From NCBI GenBank assembly GCA_964532665.1, contig CAZHMV010000002.1, positions 14,510 through 78,509 on the forward strand: DNA of 64,000 nt, given 5' to 3'. Position numbers and translations under genes: made by a program. Source of the stretch: an uncultured Anaerolineales bacterium. GTDB lineage: Bacteria > Chloroflexota > Anaerolineae > Epilineales > JAANWY01. The notes under the pieces were generated by a model. That model did no database searches. It had not been told where the DNA came from and saw only the letters and a list, made by a program, of their open reading frames with translations. Position 1 is the stretch's first letter. Every line of letters starts with the position of its first letter. This document shows positions 32,354 to 43,086 of the stretch, in pieces.

Positions 32354-33328
32354 ATGACTAAGTATATCGTCCGCCGAATCCTGTGGTTTATCCCGGTCCT
32401 GTTGGGTATTCTGCTGGTTACATTCTTGCTGTCGCACGCTATTCCAGGCGGGCCGTTTGATTTCGCCGGGGATCGAAGCCTGCCAGAGAGCATCCGGGAG
32501 AACCTGAAGGCGAAATACCACCTGGATTGGCCGATGTGGAAGCAATTTGCATCCTATCTGTGGGACCTGGCGCATCTGGACATGGGCCCGTCGTTCCGAT
32601 ATCGAGCGCAGACGGTGAATGATATCATTGGACGCACGTTCCCTATCTCCTTTCAACTGGGTGTCATGTCCATCTTGCTGGGACTGATCATTGGGATTCC
32701 GGCCGGCACTGTCGCAGCGCTCAAACAGAACACCTGGGTGGATTATTCCAGTTCTTTTATCGCCATTCTGGGTATTTCAATTCCCAACCTGGTGTTGGGA
32801 CCGTTTCTGATCTACGCCTTTGCCGTGAAGTTGGGCTGGCTGCCGGCGGCGCGTTGGGGGACAGATTATTCTCAACTCTATCTGGGCGTCATCCCACCGC
32901 CCACTTTGAACTTCTGGCAACATGCTATCTTACCCGTCATCACGTTGGGTACAGGCCAGGCGGCCGTTTTTGCCCGTTTGACTCGAGGTAGCCTGCTGCA
33001 GGTGATTCGCGAGGATTACATTCGAACCGCCCGGGCCAAGGGGCTGCGCGAGCGAGCCGTGATCGTGGGCCATGCCCTCAAGAATTCGCTGATCCCGGTC
33101 GTCACCATCCTCGGTCCCCTCTTCGCCGCCCTCGTCACCGGGACATTTGTGGTGGAACAGATTTTCGGCATCCCGGGGATGGGCACGCACTTCATCACCA
33201 GCGTGGGGAACCGGGACTATCCCGTAGTCATGGGCACAGCACTGGTGTACGCCGTCCTGCTGGTGATTGCAAATCTGCTCGTGGACATCACCTATGCCTG
33301 GCTCGATCCACGGATTCGCTACGAATAA
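32354..33328 (+). CDS. ABC transporter permease (OppB/DppB-like), operon 1
   Basis: 324 aa; BPD_transp_1 EAA region. Confidence 0.9.
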   Translation: MTKYIVRRILWFIPVLLGILLVTFLLSHAIPGGPFDFAGDRSLPESIRENLKAKYHLDWPMWKQFASYLWDLAHLDMGPSFRYRAQTVNDIIGRTFPISFQLGVMSILLGLIIGIPAGTVAALKQNTWVDYSSSFIAILGISIPNLVLGPFLIYAFAVKLGWLPAARWGTDYSQLYLGVIPPPTLNFWQHAILPVITLGTGQAAVFARLTRGSLLQVIREDYIRTARAKGLRERAVIVGHALKNSLIPVVTILGPLFAALVTGTFVVEQIFGIPGMGTHFITSVGNRDYPVVMGTALVYAVLLVIANLLVDITYAWLDPRIRYE

Positions 33329-33364
33329 CCGTTTGTCTGAGAACAATCTCTGTCGTGAGGAGGA

Positions 33365-34396
33365 TTGATGGCCGCTGAAACCACGATGGGGCCAATGGGC
33401 CGACCGGACGACATTACCCAGCGTCCTGCGCGGAGTCCCCTGCACGATGCGTTTCGACAACTTCGCAAGAATCGCGTCGCGATAGCGGGTGGGATCTTTA
33501 TCATTCTGCTGCTGATCGTTGCAACGTTTACGGATACAAGCGTCATTGCTCTGTTTACGGGTGGAAAGGTGAAGCCGCTGCTCGCCCCCAGGCACTACGC
33601 TGCTGCTAATTTCAAGGCCGTCGATGTCGGCCTTTGGGAAACTGCCGGCGGGCAGTTCTACCCTCTCGGCGCGGACTATCTGGGACGCGACATTCTGAGT
33701 CGGACGCTGTATGGCACTCGTGTCTCGCTCTCCGTCGCCTTTGTGGCTGCTTTTGTGAGTCTGGTCATCGGCGTCACGTATGGCCTGATCTCGGGTTATT
33801 CCAGCGCTCGCGTTGACAATTTCATGATGCGGGTGGTGGATTTCCTCTACGGGTTCCCTATCATCGTTTTCATTATTTTGATGCAGGTGTACTTCAAAGC
33901 CCTGGCACGTAGAGGCGGCGGGGGGGGCATTGCCGCGACGTTCATCAACATCGATAAGGCTATGGGTGGCATGTTCTTCCTGTTCATCGCCATTGGTGCT
34001 GTTAACTGGTTGGGCATGGCGCGTATTGCTCGCGGCCAGACCCTGTCGTACAAGGAAAAAGAGTTTATCGAGGCTGCTCGATCCATCGGCGCCCGTGATC
34101 GTCGCATCATCTTCTCCCACATTTTGCCCAACATTATGGGGCCATGTATCGTGTACGAGACGCTCCAGATCCCCGGCTATATCTTTCTGGAGGCTTTTCT
34201 TAGCTTCATCGGGCTGGGTGTCAACCCGCCGACGCCAAGTTGGGGCCTGATGATTTCTGAGACGTACGGAGCGCTGCGCACATTTCCACACGAGTTGTTC
34301 GTGCCGGCCATCGCTCTAACGCTCACGACCCTGGCTTTCAACTTCCTGGGTGATGGTCTGCGTGACGCCTTCGACCCGCGACTCAGGGGCACCTGA
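33365..34396 (+). CDS. ABC transporter permease (OppC/DppC-like), operon 1; contains a G8 homopolymer at ~33911-33918
   Basis: 343 aa; permease fold; no ATPase genes follow in this operon. Confidence 0.88.
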   Translation: MMAAETTMGPMGRPDDITQRPARSPLHDAFRQLRKNRVAIAGGIFIILLLIVATFTDTSVIALFTGGKVKPLLAPRHYAAANFKAVDVGLWETAGGQFYPLGADYLGRDILSRTLYGTRVSLSVAFVAAFVSLVIGVTYGLISGYSSARVDNFMMRVVDFLYGFPIIVFIILMQVYFKALARRGGGGGIAATFINIDKAMGGMFFLFIAIGAVNWLGMARIARGQTLSYKEKEFIEAARSIGARDRRIIFSHILPNIMGPCIVYETLQIPGYIFLEAFLSFIGLGVNPPTPSWGLMISETYGALRTFPHELFVPAIALTLTTLAFNFLGDGLRDAFDPRLRGT

Positions 34397-34407
34397 CGCC
34401 CGAGGGA

Positions 34408-34440
34408 AGACCCTAAAGGTTTCGGAAACCTTTAGGGTCT
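34408..34440. repeat. 33-bp perfect palindrome AGACCCTAAAGGTTTC-G-GAAACCTTTAGGGTCT, copy 2
   Basis: identical to copy 1; sits between the permease stop and the DUF3179 lipoprotein start. Confidence 0.9.
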
Positions 34441-34442
34441 CC

Positions 34443-35564
34443 ATGGCCATCATCGTCTTCGCGATGCTCACGTCTTGTAGCCTCCCAGGTCCCCCCACCT
34501 CGAAGATTGAAGCCTTTGCGCCGACGCCGGCAGTCACCTTGCTCAACCCTCGCGATCTGGTGACTGTCCTGCCCCGGGACGCCATTCCGGCGATCACCGA
34601 CCCCCAGTTCGACAGCGTGGGCACAGCCCAATCCTACATGAATGCCGACGAACAGGTCATTGGCCTGGCGATCCATGGCGAAGTGAGAGCTTACCCCATC
34701 AACATTCTCAGCCGGCACGAAATCGCGAACGATGTGGTCGGCGGAGAACCCATCGCCATCACGTGGTGCCCGCTATGCTACTCGGCCCTGGTCTTCAGCC
34801 GGCGTGCCAACGGGGACGAACTGACCTTTGGCGTTTCCGGCAAGCTATACCAGAACAACCTGATCATGTACGATCACCAGACCGACAGCCTGTGGAGCCA
34901 GCTCCTGGGACAGGCCGTGGCCGGCCCTCTGTCGGGCACGCACCTCCGCCTGATAGTGGCCAGTCAGAGCACGTGGGAGGACTGGCGCGCAGAGCACCCA
35001 GACACCCTGGTTCTATCCAAACCCAAAACGTTGAAGGTGTTCCTCGGTACGGCGGACGTCAAGGACCCGATGTACAATTACTCCGTGGATCGATATCGGA
35101 GCTACTACGCGTCGCGAGACCGGGGAATTGTGAACCGCAACATCCCGGAGGATACCGAGGCCAGTGTGAAGGAGCGCGTTCTGGGGCTCCGGATCGGAGA
35201 TGAGGCGAAGGCCTACTTTTTCCGTGATCTGGCACAGGTGGGGGTTGTCAACGACACGCTCGCCGGCCAACCCATTCTCATCACCTTTGATTTGAAAAGC
35301 GAGAATGGCGCCGGCTTCGACCGCCGGCTCAACGGCCAGGTCCTCACGTTCTCGGCGACCAAAAGCGGTGGGAATTTGGCCCTACAAGACCAGCAGACCG
35401 ACAGCCGGTGGAACGGGCTCACCGGGCGAGCTGTGAGTGGGCCGTTGGCGGGCCAGCAACTACGCCGGCTGCCGACAACGTACGCCTTCTGGTTCGCCTG
35501 GAAAGCACACTTCCCTGAGACACAGATCTATCAACATGGCGCTCTACCGACAAGAACTCCTTGA
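34443..35564 (+). CDS. DUF3179-family lipoprotein (duplicated module with WCPLC motif)
   Basis: start MAIIVFAMLTSCS (lipobox); PIAITWCPLCYSALVFSR and repeated module QTDSLWSQLLGQAV / QTDSRWNGLTGRAV. Confidence 0.7.
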   Translation: MAIIVFAMLTSCSLPGPPTSKIEAFAPTPAVTLLNPRDLVTVLPRDAIPAITDPQFDSVGTAQSYMNADEQVIGLAIHGEVRAYPINILSRHEIANDVVGGEPIAITWCPLCYSALVFSRRANGDELTFGVSGKLYQNNLIMYDHQTDSLWSQLLGQAVAGPLSGTHLRLIVASQSTWEDWRAEHPDTLVLSKPKTLKVFLGTADVKDPMYNYSVDRYRSYYASRDRGIVNRNIPEDTEASVKERVLGLRIGDEAKAYFFRDLAQVGVVNDTLAGQPILITFDLKSENGAGFDRRLNGQVLTFSATKSGGNLALQDQQTDSRWNGLTGRAVSGPLAGQQLRRLPTTYAFWFAWKAHFPETQIYQHGALPTRTP

Positions 35565-35738
35565 CGCAACGAATCGGCGTGGTAGCCACTCAGCCTGGCG
35601 ATTGAAATCGCGGCAACCCTTGCGAAGCCGGCCTGCGCCGGCTGAACACCAGTCGCCGAAGGGCGACTTCGCAAATGTTGGTGCAGTTTCAACTGCCGAA
35701 ATGTGTTTTACGTTTCACGCGGTCAGAAAGAGCAGCAA

Positions 35739-36647
35739 ATGAAGAAACTCTGGATACTGATTGCAACACTGACCGCCCTGGCTGCGGCGTGTACCAGCCC
35801 GCCGCCGGCCCCCGCCGGCAAGATCATCTTCGAGTCCTATCGCGACGGCAACGCCGAAGTCTACATGATGGACGACGATGGCTCCAACCTGGTCAACCTC
35901 ACGCACAATCCCGCTTACGACGGCGTGCCGGCCTGGTCCCCGGACGGCACACAGATTGCGTTCACCTCCGAGCGGGACGGGCCGGCGAACATCTATCTGA
36001 TGGATCCGGATGGTGCCAACGTGGTGCAACTGACAAAAGCGAGCGGGAACAACGCCGTGCCGGCCTGGTCCCCGGACGGCTCCAGGATCGCTTTTCTCTC
36101 CGACCGGACCTACCACGTGCCGGCCGAAGGCGGATATATCGAAGTCCCGGCAAATAGCAAAATCTGGGTCATGAACACCGATGGCAGCGGAACGACCAGA
36201 CTGACCCGGGAGCTGGGCCTGGATATGTTCCCGAGTTGGGCGCCGGACAGCCAGCAACTGGTGTACATGAGTGTGCGGGACAATAATCCGGAAATCTATC
36301 TCCTGCGTGATGACAACGTTGAGGTGAACCTGACGAATCACCCGGCGCGCGACATGAATCCGGAGTGGTCGCCAGATGGCTCCAGGATCGCTTTCATGAG
36401 CAATCGCGGTGGGGATATGGACATTTATGTGATGGACCCGGATGGCAGCAACATCGTAAACCTGACAAACCACCCAGGCAATGATGGAGACCCCACCTGG
36501 TCGCCGGACGGCTCAAAGATTGCGTTCATCTCCGATCGAGATGGCAACACAGAAATCTACGTGATGAACGCCGACGGCTCTGACCAGCGCCGGCTGACCA
36601 ACGACCCGGCCAAGGACCAACACCCGGCCTGGTGGCAGCCGGACTGA
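35739..36647 (+). CDS. TolB-like PD40 beta-propeller lipoprotein
   Basis: signal MKKLWILIATLTALAAAC; at least 7 PD40 repeats (PAWSPDGSRIAF.SDR.G...IY). Confidence 0.8.
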   Translation: MKKLWILIATLTALAAACTSPPPAPAGKIIFESYRDGNAEVYMMDDDGSNLVNLTHNPAYDGVPAWSPDGTQIAFTSERDGPANIYLMDPDGANVVQLTKASGNNAVPAWSPDGSRIAFLSDRTYHVPAEGGYIEVPANSKIWVMNTDGSGTTRLTRELGLDMFPSWAPDSQQLVYMSVRDNNPEIYLLRDDNVEVNLTNHPARDMNPEWSPDGSRIAFMSNRGGDMDIYVMDPDGSNIVNLTNHPGNDGDPTWSPDGSKIAFISDRDGNTEIYVMNADGSDQRRLTNDPAKDQHPAWWQPD

Positions 36648-36678
36648 GCAGGAGAGCGGGGGAGTGAAGCAGCTTTCT

Positions 36679-36715
36679 TGACACAAGAGTTTGACTATGC
36701 TAGACTTCGCCGCAC
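36679..36715 (+). promoter_or_regulatory. candidate promoter TTGACA-17-TAGACT for ABC operon 2
   Basis: read directly upstream of 36794 gene. Confidence 0.35.
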
Positions 36716-36793
36716 CGTGATTTTCACGTGCTACTTCGCCCCAGCAACATCCACATTGTCATGAACAAAAGAAGGAAATAGGGGTCTCTCAAT

Positions 36794-38554
36794 ATGACGA
36801 GAAATCAGTGGATACTGGCAATTGGCGCAGTCGCCGTCGTGTTTCTCCTCGCGGTCGCCTGTGTTGCTATCCTCGCCGTCGGCATGCTGACCAGCCAGCG
36901 GGCGAGTTCACAGCAGGCAACGCCGGCCGGCCAACCGCCGGCCCAGGTCACGCAAGCACCTCAGCAACCCGAACAGCCTCCCGCCATCGGGCAAGAACCC
37001 TCGCCGACTGAGCAAGCCGGGTCAGGTGAATCCACCCAACCCCAGAAACGACGAGAGGGTGGCACGCTCGTCCTGGTTGGCGCCGACCCGGCCACCCTGG
37101 ACCCCGATCTGGTCACCGACTTCGACTCGGCCACCTACATCGTGGAAATCTTCAGCGGCCTGGTCAGCCTCAACCCCGACCTGCAAATCGTGCCCGATCT
37201 GGCCGAGAGCTGGGATGTGGATGAGTCCGGCACCGTCTACACCTTCCATCTGCGCCAGGATGCGCAGTTCCACGATGGGAAACCGGTCACGGCCCAGGAT
37301 TTCAAATGGTCCTTCGAGCGGGCGCTGGATCCGGCAACAGGATCGACGGTGGCCAGCCTATACCTCAACGACATCGTTGGGGCCATGGACAAGCTGGAGG
37401 GCAGGGCCAATGAAGTCAAAGGAATCCAGGCTATCGATGACCACACCTTGCAGATTACCATCGATGCACCCAAGGCCTATTTTCTTGCAAAGTTGACGTA
37501 TCCCACCGGCTTCGTCCTGGATCGGGAAAACGTGGAAAGTGGTGGGGAGACCTGGACCGATCACCCAAATGGCACCGGTGCATTCCGTCTGCGGGAATAT
37601 CGCTTGGGGGAAGAGATCGTCCTGGAGCGCAACCGATTCTACTACGGGGAGCCCAAGCCGGCCCTGCAGCGCGTCCGGTTCCTGCTGAGCGGCGGATCGC
37701 CGATGATCATGTACGAGAGTGGCGATATCGACGCCACCCCGGTCGGCCTGGCAGATATTGACCGTGTCCTGGACCCGAGCGATCCGCTCCACGGTGAACT
37801 CACCGTCGTGGCACCCACGCTGTCCACATTCTACGTCGGATTAAACAACAAAATCCCCCCCTTCGACGACCCGAAGGTCCGCCAGGCGTTCAACTATGCC
37901 ATCGACAAGGACGTGCTGGCGAATGTGGTTCTGCGAAAGACACGCGTGCCGGCCGAGGGCATTCTGCCCCCGAAGATGCCCGGCTACAACCCCGAACTCA
38001 ACGTCTACGACTTCGATGTCGAGAAGGCAAAGGAACTCATTGCCGAGTCCAGGTACGGGAGTGTGGATAAGCTGCCGGACATCACGCTGACCACATCGGG
38101 GGCCGGCTCCGAGCCTGGGACGGTGGCCACCGCCGTCATCGGTATGTTGAAGCAGAATCTGGGCATTGACGTATCGGTCGAGCTTGTGGAGTCCGCGGTC
38201 TACTTCTCGGAGGTCGGCGAAGGCAAGTATCAGATGTTCGTCCTGGGGTGGAGCGCAGACTACCCGGACCCGCAAGACTTCCTGGACATTTTGTTCCATA
38301 GTAAGAGCGCGAACAACCACACCAACTACTCCAATCCTGAGGTGGATCGCCTTCTCGAAGAGGCCCGGGTTGAGCAAGATCACGACAAGCGTATGCAACT
38401 ATACCAGAGAATTGAGCGCATGATTGTGGAAGACGCACCCTGGATTCCGTTGTTCCACAATGCCGAGTATTGGCTCACCAAGCCGTATGTGAAGGGAATG
38501 GTGTACCCGCCGGCGGTTGTGCCGCGCCTCAAGTACGTCTGGCTGGAGCAATGA
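36794..38554 (+). CDS. ABC transporter substrate-binding protein, family 5, operon 2
   Basis: 586 aa; N-terminal TM/signal, Gln/Pro-rich linker, SBP_bac_5 fold. Confidence 0.88.
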   Translation: MTRNQWILAIGAVAVVFLLAVACVAILAVGMLTSQRASSQQATPAGQPPAQVTQAPQQPEQPPAIGQEPSPTEQAGSGESTQPQKRREGGTLVLVGADPATLDPDLVTDFDSATYIVEIFSGLVSLNPDLQIVPDLAESWDVDESGTVYTFHLRQDAQFHDGKPVTAQDFKWSFERALDPATGSTVASLYLNDIVGAMDKLEGRANEVKGIQAIDDHTLQITIDAPKAYFLAKLTYPTGFVLDRENVESGGETWTDHPNGTGAFRLREYRLGEEIVLERNRFYYGEPKPALQRVRFLLSGGSPMIMYESGDIDATPVGLADIDRVLDPSDPLHGELTVVAPTLSTFYVGLNNKIPPFDDPKVRQAFNYAIDKDVLANVVLRKTRVPAEGILPPKMPGYNPELNVYDFDVEKAKELIAESRYGSVDKLPDITLTTSGAGSEPGTVATAVIGMLKQNLGIDVSVELVESAVYFSEVGEGKYQMFVLGWSADYPDPQDFLDILFHSKSANNHTNYSNPEVDRLLEEARVEQDHDKRMQLYQRIERMIVEDAPWIPLFHNAEYWLTKPYVKGMVYPPAVVPRLKYVWLEQ

Positions 38555-39477
38555 TCCAGTACCTGATACGTCGATTGCTATGGCTCCCGGTGTTGTTGGC
38601 CATCGTGACCCTGATCACGTATGCCCTGGGGCTGTACGGGCCGGGCGATCCGGTCAAGATTTCCATGGGACAAAACTACGATCCGAAAACCGCGGCGCGG
38701 GTTCGGCATGAACTCGGATTGGATCGACCCTTTTACATCCAGTATAGTGACTACGTGTGGGGGCTCCTGCATGGCAACCTGGGCGAGTCGATCAAGTATC
38801 GCCGGCCCGTGATCGACCTGATCAAGTCCCGCCTGTGGATTTCGTTTCAGCTCAACGCCGCCGCGCTGGTTCTGGGAGTGCTCATTGGCATTCCGCTGGG
38901 GGTGGTGGCCGCCGTCAGGCATCACACCTGGCTGGACTACACGATTGTGGCCGGCACGGTGGCCGGCATATCGGTCCCCACATTCGTCATAGCACCCATT
39001 CTGCTATGGTTTCTGGCAGCCCGTTTTCGCGTTCTGCCGTCTGGGGGTTGGGATGGCCTCCTGAGTACGAAGGCCATCATGCCCGTCGCTGTCCTGACGA
39101 CAGGCGTCGTTGCGGTGTTCGTTCGACAGACCCGGGCCAGTATGCTGGACGTGATCGGCCAGGACTACGTGCGCACGGCCCGCTCCAAGGGGTTGTCTGA
39201 GCGAGCGGTCGTGATGGCTCACGCGCTGCGAAATGCGCTGATCCCCCTGTTCACCATCTTCGGGCTAATGGTGGGCGGCCTGGTGGGGGGCACGTTCATC
39301 GTCGAACTGATCTTCGGCATTCCGGGGATTGGCCGGCTGGGGGTGGAGTCCTTCTTCGCCCGAGACTACCCGGTCATCATGGCGTTAACCATCCTGATCG
39401 CCGTTGCGTATGCCCTGGCGAACCTGCTGGTTGACCTGGGGTACAGTGTCATCGACCCCCGGATTCGGTACGGATAG
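38551..39477 (+). CDS. ABC permease (OppB-like), operon 2
   Basis: start MIQYLIRRLLWLPVLL overlapping upstream stop (ATGA). Confidence 0.88.
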   Translation: MIQYLIRRLLWLPVLLAIVTLITYALGLYGPGDPVKISMGQNYDPKTAARVRHELGLDRPFYIQYSDYVWGLLHGNLGESIKYRRPVIDLIKSRLWISFQLNAAALVLGVLIGIPLGVVAAVRHHTWLDYTIVAGTVAGISVPTFVIAPILLWFLAARFRVLPSGGWDGLLSTKAIMPVAVLTTGVVAVFVRQTRASMLDVIGQDYVRTARSKGLSERAVVMAHALRNALIPLFTIFGLMVGGLVGGTFIVELIFGIPGIGRLGVESFFARDYPVIMALTILIAVAYALANLLVDLGYSVIDPRIRYG

Positions 39478-39486
39478 CGATAGCGG

Positions 39487-40461
39487 ATGGCAAGAGTTGT
39501 TGATCAGCGGATGACAGTGCCGGGACGGGGGCTCGCTGACCAGGCGGTGCATCCTCGCAGCCGGTGGCGGGATTTCTGGCGACGGTTCGCCCGCAACCCC
39601 CTGGCGGTCGTCAGCCTGTTTATTGTGCTGGGGATGGTGTTTACCGGCGTCTTTGCGCCCTGGCTGGCACCTTACGATCCGACTGCGGTCAACTACGCCG
39701 AGGTCGAGCAGATGCCCACGCTGCGCCACCCCATGGGAACGGATGAGCACGGTCGTGATCAACTGAGCCGCGTCATCTGGGGCGCACGAACGGCGATCAT
39801 CGTAGCGCCTTCGGCGACGATCCTGGGGTTAGTGCTGGGGCTGTTGTTTGGGTCGCTGGCCGGCTACTTTGGGGGCTGGATCGACGGTTTGATCATGCGG
39901 GCCACGGACATTCTGTTCGCCTTCCCGGGGCTGCTATTTGCGATTCTCATCGCCGCGACGATCCAACCCCGTATCGAAGCCTGGATGCTGAAGTTCGAGA
40001 GGCTGAAGCCGTTTGTGAAGGCCGGCTACGCCGAATTCATGGTGGTGATCATGGCGCTCGGTCTCGTGAGTTGGGCCGGCCTGGCCCGCCTCATTCGAGG
40101 GCAAATTCTGACGCTGAAAGAACAACAGTTTGTCGAAGCCGCGCGGGCAACCGGTGTCCGACCCTGGCAAATCATCACACGCCACCTGTTGCCGAATGCG
40201 ATGGCACCGATCATCGTGTCCTTTTCCATGGGACTGGGTGGCGCCATCCTGGCCGAGTCCACGCTCAGTTTCCTGGGCATCGGCATCAACCCACCGACTC
40301 CCAGTTGGGGAGCCATGATTTACCAGAACTTCAACTTCTGGCGGAGCCCGGCAGCGCCAGTCTTGCTGTGGATCCCGGGCCTGATCGTTGCGTCGTTGGT
40401 ATTCGCCTTCAATTTCATCGGCGATGGGCTGCACGAGGCGTTGAACCCGCACCTGGAGTAG
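39487..40461 (+). CDS. ABC permease (OppC-like), operon 2
   Basis: 324 aa permease fold. Confidence 0.88.
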   Translation: MARVVDQRMTVPGRGLADQAVHPRSRWRDFWRRFARNPLAVVSLFIVLGMVFTGVFAPWLAPYDPTAVNYAEVEQMPTLRHPMGTDEHGRDQLSRVIWGARTAIIVAPSATILGLVLGLLFGSLAGYFGGWIDGLIMRATDILFAFPGLLFAILIAATIQPRIEAWMLKFERLKPFVKAGYAEFMVVIMALGLVSWAGLARLIRGQILTLKEQQFVEAARATGVRPWQIITRHLLPNAMAPIIVSFSMGLGGAILAESTLSFLGIGINPPTPSWGAMIYQNFNFWRSPAAPVLLWIPGLIVASLVFAFNFIGDGLHEALNPHLE

Positions 40462-40502
40462 TATTACGACGCGAGTTTGTCATCTGAGCGACCGTAGGGA
40501 GT

Positions 40503-40565
40503 GAAGAATCTAACATACTGCGTACTGCGTAGGAAAGTGGTCTGTGCAATACGCAATACGCAGTA
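40503..40565. repeat. family-B heptamer-array hairpin (ACTGCGT x2 / ACGCAAT ACGCAAT ACGCAGT)
   Basis: catactgcgtactgcgtaggaaagtggtctgtgcaatacgcaatacgcagtacgcaatg. Confidence 0.8.
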
Positions 40566-40586
40566 CGCAATGTTTGGGAGGAGACA

Positions 40587-41615
40587 ATGGGCACAATTCT
40601 GGAGGTTAAAGACCTCACGACCCGCTTTTTCACCGAGGACGGCACAGTTCACGCCGTCAACGGCGTGTCGTTCACGCTGGATGAAGGCGAGACGTTGGGA
40701 GTAGTGGGTGAGTCCGGTTGCGGCAAGAGCGTCACCATGCTGTCCTTGCTGCGCCTCATCCCGAGCCCGCCGGGTAAAATCGCCGGCAGCGAGGTTCTGT
40801 TCGAGGGGCGGGACCTGCTGAAGATGACCGATGACGAAATCCGTCAGGTCCGGGGCAATCAGATTGCTATGATCTTTCAGGACCCCATGACCAGCCTGAA
40901 CCCGGTATTGACCATCAATCAGCAGATCAGCGAGGCATTGCAACTTCACCTGGGGATGGACAAGGAACAGGCCCGCAAACGCACCATTGAGCTGCTGACG
41001 ATGGTCGGCATTCCGTCGGCGAGCGAGCGTGTGGATGATTATCCGCATCAGTTCTCCGGCGGCATGCGGCAGCGGGTGATGATCGCCATGGCACTGGCCT
41101 GCAACCCCCAGATTCTGATTGCCGACGAGCCGACGACCGCGCTGGACGTGACGATCCAGGCCCAGATCGTTGATCTGGTGAAGCGGCTTCAAGAGGACAT
41201 CGGCATGGCCGTGATTTGGATCACCCACGATTTGGGTGTCGTGGCCAGCATAGCCGATCGGATCAACGTGATGTACGCCGGCTTCGTCATCGAGACGGCC
41301 ACGGTCAAGGAACTGTACGCGGACCCTCGACATCCTTACACCCTTGGCCTCCTCGGGTCCATCCCCCGGCTGGACGAGGTACGACCGGAGACACTGTACT
41401 CCATCGAGGGAATGCCACCGGACCTGATCGTGCTCCCACAGAGTTGCCCATTTGCCCCCCGGTGTGTCTACGCCGTTGATAAATGTTGGGAGGGAAACCC
41501 GCCCCTCGTGCCCACAATATCCACGCGGCACCTGTCTGCATGTTGGCGCTGGGAGGACGTTTCCCTGCGTGATCTCTCTCGCTTGAAAGCCCACGCTGAA
41601 GTTGGAAGGGCGTGA
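40587..41615 (+). CDS. ABC transporter ATP-binding protein (OppD-like), operon 2
   Basis: Walker A GESGCGKS, signature LSGGMRQR, C-terminal oligopeptide/dipeptide transporter domain. Confidence 0.92.
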   Translation: MGTILEVKDLTTRFFTEDGTVHAVNGVSFTLDEGETLGVVGESGCGKSVTMLSLLRLIPSPPGKIAGSEVLFEGRDLLKMTDDEIRQVRGNQIAMIFQDPMTSLNPVLTINQQISEALQLHLGMDKEQARKRTIELLTMVGIPSASERVDDYPHQFSGGMRQRVMIAMALACNPQILIADEPTTALDVTIQAQIVDLVKRLQEDIGMAVIWITHDLGVVASIADRINVMYAGFVIETATVKELYADPRHPYTLGLLGSIPRLDEVRPETLYSIEGMPPDLIVLPQSCPFAPRCVYAVDKCWEGNPPLVPTISTRHLSACWRWEDVSLRDLSRLKAHAEVGRA

Positions 41616-41624
41616 AGGAACATT

Positions 41625-41708
41625 CAGTGAACAGTAACCAGTGATCAGTAATCAGTGATCAGTGAATAGGATTCCGATTACTGATCACTGATTACTGATT
41701 ACTGAACG
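41625..41708. repeat. family-A heptamer-array hairpin
   Basis: cagtgaacagtaaccagtgatcagtaatcagtgatcagtgaa taggattccg attactgatcactgattactgattactg. Confidence 0.85.
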
Positions 41709-41727
41709 GAAGGGAGTCATTGATCGA

Positions 41728-42750
41728 ATGGCGGAAGCGCAGATGCAAACAATGGAAGTTCCTGAGCAAGCGGATGGCGACATCCTGCTTGAAGTAAAGG
41801 GATTGAAGAAATACTTCCCGATCACCGAAGGAGTCATCATTCAGCATCACGTGGGTGACATCAAAGCTGTGGACGGCCTCGACTTCTACATCCGCCGGGG
41901 TGAGACCCTGGGGCTGGTAGGCGAGTCCGGGTGTGGGAAGTCCACGACGGGACGCAGCATTCTGCAATTGTACGAGCCGACCGCCGGCGAAGTCTGGTTC
42001 AAAGGCGTGAACATCGCGCAGTTGCGAGGCGAGAAACTGCGCCGCATGCGTCGTGACATGCAGATGATCTTCCAGGACCCCTACGCGTCGCTGAATCCCC
42101 GCATGACGGTCGGCAACATTATCGGAGAGCCTCTGGAAGTCCACGGCCTGGCAAAAGGCAAGGAAAAGCAAGAGCGTGTTCAGGAGTTGCTGGAGGTTGT
42201 TGGCCTCAACCCCTACTTTGTCAACCGGTATCCCCACGAATTCTCCGGTGGTCAGCGCCAGCGCATCGGTGTGGCCCGAGCGCTGGCCGTCAACCCAGAC
42301 TTCATCGTGTGCGATGAGCCGATATCCGCGTTGGACGTTTCCATCCAGGCCCAGATCATCAACCTGCTGGAACAGTTGCAGGCAGACTTCAACCTGACCT
42401 ACCTGTTCATCGCCCACGACCTGGCCGTCGTTCGACACATCTCTGACCGGGTCGCCGTGATGTACCTGGGCAAGATTGTTGAGATTGCCGACCGCGCCGA
42501 GTTGTATCACAACCCGTTGCATCCGTACACCAAGGCGCTGCTGTCGGCTGTGCCGATCCCGGACCCCGCCGTTGAAGAAGGTCGCGAGCGGATTATCTTG
42601 ACAGGAGACGTGCCGAGCCCGGCCCACCCGCCGTCGGGTTGTCGCTTCCATACTCGCTGCCCTATCATGCAACGCCCCATCTGTGTAGAGGAAGAGCCAG
42701 AGATGTACGACCGTGGCGGCGAGCATTTCGTGGCCTGTCATTTGGTGTAG
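41728..42750 (+). CDS. ABC transporter ATP-binding protein (OppF-like), operon 2
   Basis: Walker [18 protein letters not shown]; C-terminal Cys cluster. Confidence 0.92.
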   Translation: MAEAQMQTMEVPEQADGDILLEVKGLKKYFPITEGVIIQHHVGDIKAVDGLDFYIRRGETLGLVGESGCGKSTTGRSILQLYEPTAGEVWFKGVNIAQLRGEKLRRMRRDMQMIFQDPYASLNPRMTVGNIIGEPLEVHGLAKGKEKQERVQELLEVVGLNPYFVNRYPHEFSGGQRQRIGVARALAVNPDFIVCDEPISALDVSIQAQIINLLEQLQADFNLTYLFIAHDLAVVRHISDRVAVMYLGKIVEIADRAELYHNPLHPYTKALLSAVPIPDPAVEEGRERIILTGDVPSPAHPPSGCRFHTRCPIMQRPICVEEEPEMYDRGGEHFVACHLV

Positions 42751-43086
42751 CGGGGTTGAACCTTTGCCGGCTGAATCTGGTAGTTCATTATAGATAAGGT
42801 CCAGAATTTGTTTAACGGCTTTGTGACTTGTATTATAGAATGCGAATGCCTTTGATGTTCTCTTGACCCGGGAAGGGGGTGGTGCAAACCGACCTACTGT
42901 GAGAGTGGCTCCTGGCCCAATCGGTTTCGAGACAGCAGTGATTCCTGGCGACGGTGTAGGCCGGCTGACGTGTCCGACCCAGGTGTTGAGTGGATGATAC
43001 CCACACCCCTGCCGAATTCTCACGGGTGTGTCAGCCCCGGGACTCCCTAACGTTCAGGAACCCCCATCAACAGTGAAGGAGGAGAA

